DNA from: Diadema antillarum
Lineage: Eukaryota
Assembly (NCBI RefSeq): GCF_040938485.1
Contig: NW_027271737.1
Coordinates: 930,001-994,000, forward strand
Length of the DNA: 64,000 nt
Reading direction: 5' to 3'
This document shows positions 63,301-64,000 of this stretch, one piece after another. Each line of letters starts with the position of its first letter. Position 1 is the stretch's first letter. The position numbers and the translations under genes were made by a program. Under the pieces are notes generated by a model. That model saw only the letters and a program-made list of their open reading frames with translations, was not told the origin of the DNA and made no database searches.

Positions 63301-64000
63301 CTGTTGAACGCGAATTTACAGCTCAACCCGGAGACGATCAGACTCAAGGAATGTACGAGCTTCGAAACTTGACTGGTTTGAATGAAGTTTATTTCGAAAT
63401 CACTCTTCCTGACGACTACAACGTGGCAGATTCGGAATTGACGGTGACATTCAGAGGATGTATTGAAACAGGTAATTTCATTTCTTTATGCGCTGAAGAA
63501 GTCCTCATTCATCTCTTTTGTTCTTGTATTATGATCTATACATTTCTCCCACTAAATTTAACCACTACCTGCTGATATTGCAACAGCATATCAACTTTGG
63601 AATTTTGTGTGATCACAAAAAGATGATTGGCAGGTTATTGATTTGGTAAATTTATGTTTATACATTTTTCACCCATTACTCCTGCACTTTAATTCTTTTT
63701 TCTAATTAATCAGTCCTCATCCATCTCTTTTGATCGTGTAATGATCCATTCATATATAACCGGTAACTGCTGATATTCCAACAACACATCAACTTCAGAA
63801 TTTTAAGTAATCACAAAGAAAAAAAAAAAGATAATTGGCATGTTATTGCTTTGGTAGGTTTATGTCCATATATTTCTTGCTGATTATTCTGGTACTTTAT
63901 AACAGTGCACTCAACTTATCAGCAACAATTTCACACTACACTACACTACGATTCATTTTTGTTTCATTAATCAGCAACGGGCATGGAAACAACAGTAGTT
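1..64000 (+). CDS. Partial giant multi-exon gene: mucin/SCO-spondin-like secreted protein (TIL, VWC, F5/8C and discoidin-like domains, PTS repeats); both ends lie outside the window
   Basis: Continuous chain of GT-AG exons with matching phases from 1 to 64000. Summed in-frame exon length is about 17.2 kb (~5,750 aa), excluding the TGA cassette and the broken exon at 24529. Confidence 0.88.
968..1063 (+). CDS. Exon: VWC module 1, middle
   Basis: ttctag|ctc...agt|gtaagt; LGETWKDSCYDCICEPDREVQCTPVCDLTCGS; phase 0-0. Confidence 0.88.
1785..1836 (+). CDS. Exon: VWC module 1, end
   Basis: ccacag|ggc...cat|gtaagt; GEELIYPDTNECCYCAP; phase 0-1. Confidence 0.82.
2435..2476 (+). CDS. 42-nt Pro/Thr linker exon
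   Basis: tttacag|ct...cta|gtaagt; (S)PTTALPTPPPPPP; phase 1-1. Confidence 0.78.
2661..2826. mobile_element. MITE, PIF/Harbinger-like, long palindromic arms
   Basis: TIR gggcccgttgca / tgcaacgggccc; 3-bp TSD CAG (2658-2660, 2827-2829); internal arms of ~60 bp are inverted copies. Confidence 0.82.
3071..3291 (+). CDS. Exon: TIL-like domain plus start of a VWC/TILa-like module
   Basis: poly-C tract cccag|cg...gag|gtaagc; CDITEEATSCETTSGCRTHVCHYIKQQSLCIPKSLSEDSPCCECKKGETLHNGTRCVPIMECPCLDASGERRE; phase 1-0. Confidence 0.87.
3909..4020 (+). CDS. Exon: truncated VWC/TILa-like module
   Basis: ttcacag|gcc...cgg|gtattg; AHERWSNPLKECETCRCSSNSIVCYPTANCTTSTTTP; phase 0-1. Confidence 0.86.
4616..4660 (+). 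CDS. 45-nt PTS exon
   Basis: ttctcacag|tc...cag|gtatgt; VITTAAPTTTPLLPP; phase 1-1. Confidence 0.8.
5062..5366 (+). CDS. Exon: F5/8 type C (discoidin) domain, N-terminal part
   Basis: EDCYSVLGLE...ARLNNAFAAWVP...WLQVDFSVPTRVTGIDTQG...WVSRFHLEY (typical FA58C motifs); tgcag|aa...atg|gtacgt; phase 1-0. Confidence 0.9.
6088..6232 (+). CDS. Exon: F5/8 type C domain, C-terminal part
   Basis: LFKANSDGDSIVSNV...AIRILP...WIALRIELRGCQ; cttcag|ctc...aag|gtgact; phase 0-1. Confidence 0.9.
6309..6485. mobile_element. MITE, PIF/Harbinger-like, related to the 2661 element
   Basis: TIR ggccccgttgc / gcaacggggcc; TSD CTG (6306-6308, 6486-6488); shares the internal gattttgattgg motif with 2661-2826. Confidence 0.8.
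7260..7286 (+). CDS. 27-nt micro-exon
   Basis: Long pyrimidine tract cacctgcag|aa...ctg|gtgaga; EIISVPTTT; phase 1-1. Confidence 0.72.
7832..7906 (+). CDS. 75-nt PTS exon
   Basis: GPPSTPQVTTRPATTPPATEATTFQ; donor aag|gtaaag; weak A-rich acceptor gaaaaag; phase 1-1. Confidence 0.75.
8389..8442 (+). CDS. 54-nt PTS exon
   Basis: ctttccag|aa...gag|gtaaga; ETTEPARTTTTISSTTTR; phase 1-1. Confidence 0.8.
8946..9377 (+). CDS. Single-exon degenerate discoidin-like domain #1
   Basis: 432 nt, phase 1-1; GVCEEPMFELG...VTVRRVLIG...LSLTADFLGCEKE; flanking Cys and x-x-G-C end as in FA58C. Confidence 0.85.
10181..10339 (+). CDS. 159-nt PTS exon
   Basis: gtgtatag|ta...aag|gtgagt; VTTVETTTVTRTS...SSTTSIE; phase 1-1. 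Confidence 0.85.
10971..11396 (+). CDS. Single-exon degenerate discoidin-like domain #2
   Basis: 426 nt, phase 1-1; GECRDDMDDLN...FNVNAGFLGCIP; atttgcag / gtaata. Confidence 0.85.
11820..12677 (+). CDS. Large mucin PTS exon (286 codons)
   Basis: ataacag|ag...aag|gtaagg; open Thr/Ser/Pro-rich frame matching ORF 11942-12697; phase 1-1. Confidence 0.86.
12128..12223 (+). repeat. 4 x 24-nt coding repeat (TSKLPEVT-like)
   Basis: acctccaaacttccagaggtcacg and three variants. Confidence 0.8.
13122..13256. other. Assembly gap (135 N) in an intron
   Basis: Run of N. Confidence 0.99.
13631..14056 (+). CDS. Single-exon degenerate discoidin-like domain #3
   Basis: 426 nt, phase 1-1; GQCEDPMTSLG...VIVRRVVI...LSLNAEFFGCIEE; clearly alignable to 8946-9377. 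Confidence 0.85.
14758..14916 (+). CDS. 159-nt PTS exon, paralogous to 10181-10339
   Basis: catcag|ta...cag|gttgat; VTVVETTTAVRTP...TVP; same length and phase. Confidence 0.83.
15437..15508 (+). CDS. 72-nt PTS exon
   Basis: gatgttag|ct...cgg|gtaaat; ATTTAAPSSEIYTERTTIVTTPIT. Confidence 0.78.
15901..15929 (+). CDS. 29-nt micro-exon: VWC module 2, start
   Basis: ttcctag|aa...cag|gtacgt; ECEIDGTVLQ; phase 1-0. Confidence 0.8.
16321..16425 (+). CDS. Exon: VWC module 2, middle
   Basis: catgcag|acg...aag|gtaagt; TNESLQDPNDNCTVFRCLDNGLFSRTDYVCEMPCK; phase 0-0. Confidence 0.82.
16800..16833 (+). CDS. 34-nt micro-exon: VWC module 2, end
   Basis: tctcatcag|acg...gtt|gtaagc; TTYPPGCCDGC; phase 0-1. 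Confidence 0.8.
17693..18233. mobile_element. Non-autonomous DNA transposon (TTAA target, AG...CT ends; Kolobok-like)
   Basis: Long imperfect inverted arms (aggacaagtca...gaacacatcagtgaaagtttgg...gatgagaagactact vs agtagtcttctcatc...caaactttcactgatgtgttc...tgacttatcct). Right flank is TTAA (18234-18237); left flank is TGAA. Confidence 0.75.
18382..18418. repeat. (TG)n microsatellite
   Basis: Direct reading. Confidence 0.95.
18420..19460 (+). mobile_element. Degenerate 3' end of an L1/Tx1-like LINE (ORF2 C-terminal Zn knuckle plus 3' UTR)
   Basis: Interrupted frames read KYREFQYK (18585-18608) and CSFC..EEETYPHIFLFCKQVQRTWQEM (CCHC-type motif after RT); later TIILIIK*IIYF; A-rich end near 19440-19465. 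Boundaries approximate. Confidence 0.65.
19557..19586 (+). CDS. 30-nt linker micro-exon
   Basis: ttttatcag|ct...atg|gtgagt; STTVKGPSID; phase 1-1. Confidence 0.75.
20250..20278 (+). CDS. 29-nt micro-exon: VWC module 3, start
   Basis: ttctttcag|gg...cag|gtaagc; GCTYGGVTYQ; phase 1-0; same length as 15901-15929. Confidence 0.82.
20678..20794 (+). CDS. Exon: VWC module 3, middle
   Basis: gcgtcag|gtt...gat|gtgagt; VGSTIYNIRKQVPCYVVICGKSGRPEWVPEVYNCSEQCD; phase 0-0. Confidence 0.82.
20918..21077. mobile_element. Tc1/mariner-superfamily (pogo/Tigger-like) MITE remnant
   Basis: TA flanks (20916-17, 21078-79); imperfect TIR caatgaaacctg...gcggccacc vs reverse complement cagtcaaacctg...gcgaccacc. 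Confidence 0.6.
21914..21953 (+). CDS. 40-nt micro-exon: VWC module 3, end
   Basis: tgtgtag|gac...gca|gtgagt; DDVSYPSGCCDEC, homologous to TTYPPGCCDGC; phase 0-1. Confidence 0.82.
22484..22546 (+). CDS. 63-nt PTS exon
   Basis: atccgacag|aa...aag|gtaaga; KTQETTTVSTTTGVATTQSSE. Confidence 0.8.
23450..23473 (+). CDS. 24-nt micro-exon; diverged homolog of array exon H
   Basis: atattacag|aa...cag|gtaaat; EKTTSGLP (array copy: ETTTLGQS). Confidence 0.72.
23659..24001. mobile_element. MITE with 14-bp TIR (Harbinger-like termini)
   Basis: ccccgtttacagtg (23659-72) / cactgtaaacgggg (23988-24001); GC-rich interior; TSD not clean. Confidence 0.62.
24066..24227 (+). CDS. 162-nt PTS exon; diverged copy of array exon A
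   Basis: EFTTTKTRTEATTRPGTE...ARQESTTP; aacag / gtactt; phase 1-1. Confidence 0.8.
24529..24658 (+). pseudogene. Truncated pseudo-exon of discoidin-like exon B
   Basis: GACREPLDGVDLYTNLQVLLDN aligns to AACRKPLDGVDLDTKLEVLLDN, then homology stops. TGA at 24660; the only nearby donor (24659) is phase 2 and out of frame. Confidence 0.75.
24754..24945 (+). CDS. Array exon C (192-nt PTS), U0 copy
   Basis: aatcag|ca...tgg|gtaaag; ATGMETTVVTT...AQTTAM. Confidence 0.87.
25181..25261 (+). other. Array exon D: 81-nt PTS-coding cassette with an in-frame TGA (U0 copy)
   Basis: ctaaag|tg...cag|gtaatt; VVVETTATQSTITYTT*ATEQPTTAP; TGA at 25231-25233. Confidence 0.7.
25385..25626 (+). CDS. Array exon E: N-half of split discoidin-like domain with Ser-Gly insert (U0)
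   Basis: ECYEPQEPLQE...EASFSQPTTIRGIKLP...ESGSGDFSGSGSGESENQ; phase 1-0. Confidence 0.86.
26094..26235 (+). CDS. Array exon F: C-half of split discoidin-like domain (U0)
   Basis: GEVTFSL...NEIDVYGCQ; catag / gtaggt; phase 0-1. Confidence 0.86.
26642..26683 (+). CDS. Array exon G (42 nt), U0
   Basis: accgcag|ga...cag|gtaata; GPTLAPTTRGTSPP. Confidence 0.8.
27018..27041 (+). CDS. Array exon H (24-nt micro-exon), U0
   Basis: tttacag|aa...cag|gtaggt; ETTTLGQS. Confidence 0.75.
27253..27417 (+). CDS. Array exon A (165-nt PTS), U0
   Basis: tttacag|aa...cag|gtaact; EVTTTRTRTRA...RQESTTP. Confidence 0.87.
27718..28128 (+). CDS. Array exon B: single-exon degenerate discoidin-like domain (137 codons), copy 1
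   Basis: ttaccag|ct...cag|gtaatt; AACRKPLDGVDL...ELTVTFRGCIET; phase 1-1. Confidence 0.88.
27718..31547 (+). repeat. Long unit L1 (3830 bp)
   Basis: B 27718-28128, C 28630-28821, D(TGA) 29062-29142, E 29271-29512, F 29971-30112, G 30468-30509, H 30848-30871, A 31083-31247. Confidence 0.95.
31548..35377 (+). repeat. Long unit L2 (3830 bp)
   Basis: B 31548-31958, C 32459-32650, D 32893-32973, E 33102-33343, F 33802-33943, G 34299-34340, H 34678-34701, A 34913-35077. Confidence 0.95.
35378..39205 (+). repeat. Long unit L3 (3828 bp)
   Basis: B 35378-35788, C 36289-36480, D 36723-36803, E 36932-37173, F 37632-37773, G 38129-38170, H 38509-38532, A 38744-38908. Confidence 0.95.
39206..42913 (+). 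repeat. Long unit L4 with a 123-nt in-frame deletion in exon E (3708 bp)
   Basis: B 39206-39616, C 40117-40308, D 40551-40631, E(del) 40760-40878, F 41337-41478, G 41834-41875, H 42214-42237, A 42449-42613. Confidence 0.95.
42914..46713 (+). repeat. Long unit L5, mosaic of long- and short-type sequence (3800 bp)
   Basis: B 42914-43324, C(189 nt) 43827-44015, D 44241-44321, E 44441-44682, F 45126-45267, G 45623-45664, H 46014-46037, A 46249-46413. Confidence 0.93.
46714..48885 (+). repeat. Short unit S1 (2172 bp)
   Basis: B 46714-47124, C' 47625-47813, H 48171-48194, A' 48421-48585; no D/E/F/G. Confidence 0.95.
48886..51059 (+). repeat. Short unit S2 (2174 bp)
   Basis: B 48886-49296, C' 49797-49985, H 50343-50366, A' 50595-50759. 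Confidence 0.95.
51060..53234 (+). repeat. Short unit S3 (2175 bp)
   Basis: B 51060-51470, C' 51971-52159, H 52518-52541, A' 52770-52934. Confidence 0.95.
53235..55408 (+). repeat. Short unit S4 (2174 bp)
   Basis: B 53235-53645, C' 54146-54334, H 54692-54715, A' 54944-55108. Confidence 0.95.
55409..59232 (+). repeat. Long unit L6 (3824 bp)
   Basis: B 55409-55819, C 56320-56511, D 56752-56832, E 56961-57202, F 57660-57801, G 58157-58198, H 58533-58556, A 58768-58932. Confidence 0.95.
59233..63060 (+). repeat. Long unit L7 (3828 bp)
   Basis: B 59233-59643, C 60144-60335, D 60576-60656, E 60785-61026, F 61485-61626, G 61982-62023, H 62361-62384, A 62596-62760. Confidence 0.95.
63061..64000 (+). 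repeat. Partial 12th unit (array continues past the window)
   Basis: B 63061-63471; exon C begins at 63975. Confidence 0.93.

Noticed and set aside
27718-63471. Treating each 148-aa ORF (MDLDTK...) as a separate gene in a cluster
   Set aside because: The ORF starts at GTG inside an exon bounded by AG/GT, has no signal peptide, and runs into intron sequence. Phase-1 junctions link it to neighbouring exons.
27718-64000. CRISPR-like or satellite interpretation of the array
   Set aside because: Units are 2-4 kb with spliceosomal exon/intron structure, and there are no short repeats with unique spacers

Overview
Eukaryotic (intron-rich, animal) DNA. The whole window lies inside one very large + strand gene, with neither start nor stop visible. 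I reconstructed its exons by eye from GT-AG sites and phase continuity. It encodes a secreted-type mucin/SCO-spondin-like mosaic protein. 1-24 kb holds unique exons for TIL and VWC cysteine-rich modules, one canonical F5/8-type-C (discoidin) domain, three degenerate single-exon discoidin-like domains and Thr/Ser/Pro-rich (PTS) mucin exons. From about 23.4 kb to beyond the window end, the gene is a near-perfect tandem array of multi-exon units with introns included. The order is: one decayed edge unit, five long (~3.83 kb) units, four short (~2.17 kb) units, two long units and one partial unit. Joined in frame, the exons give about 5,750 aa within the window. The most unusual features are: (1) an 81-nt exon-like cassette with an in-frame TGA in all 8 long-type units; (2) a split discoidin-like domain carrying a Ser-Gly glycosaminoglycan-attachment-like insert; (3) long/short unit switches that map to an invariant ~0.95 kb block. 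Introns carry Harbinger-like, TTAA/Kolobok-like and Tc1/mariner-like MITEs and an L1/Tx1-like LINE remnant. There is a 135-N assembly gap. A marine invertebrate (possibly echinoderm) source is an inference only. Nearly all minus-strand ORFs in the supplied track are shadows of PTS exons.
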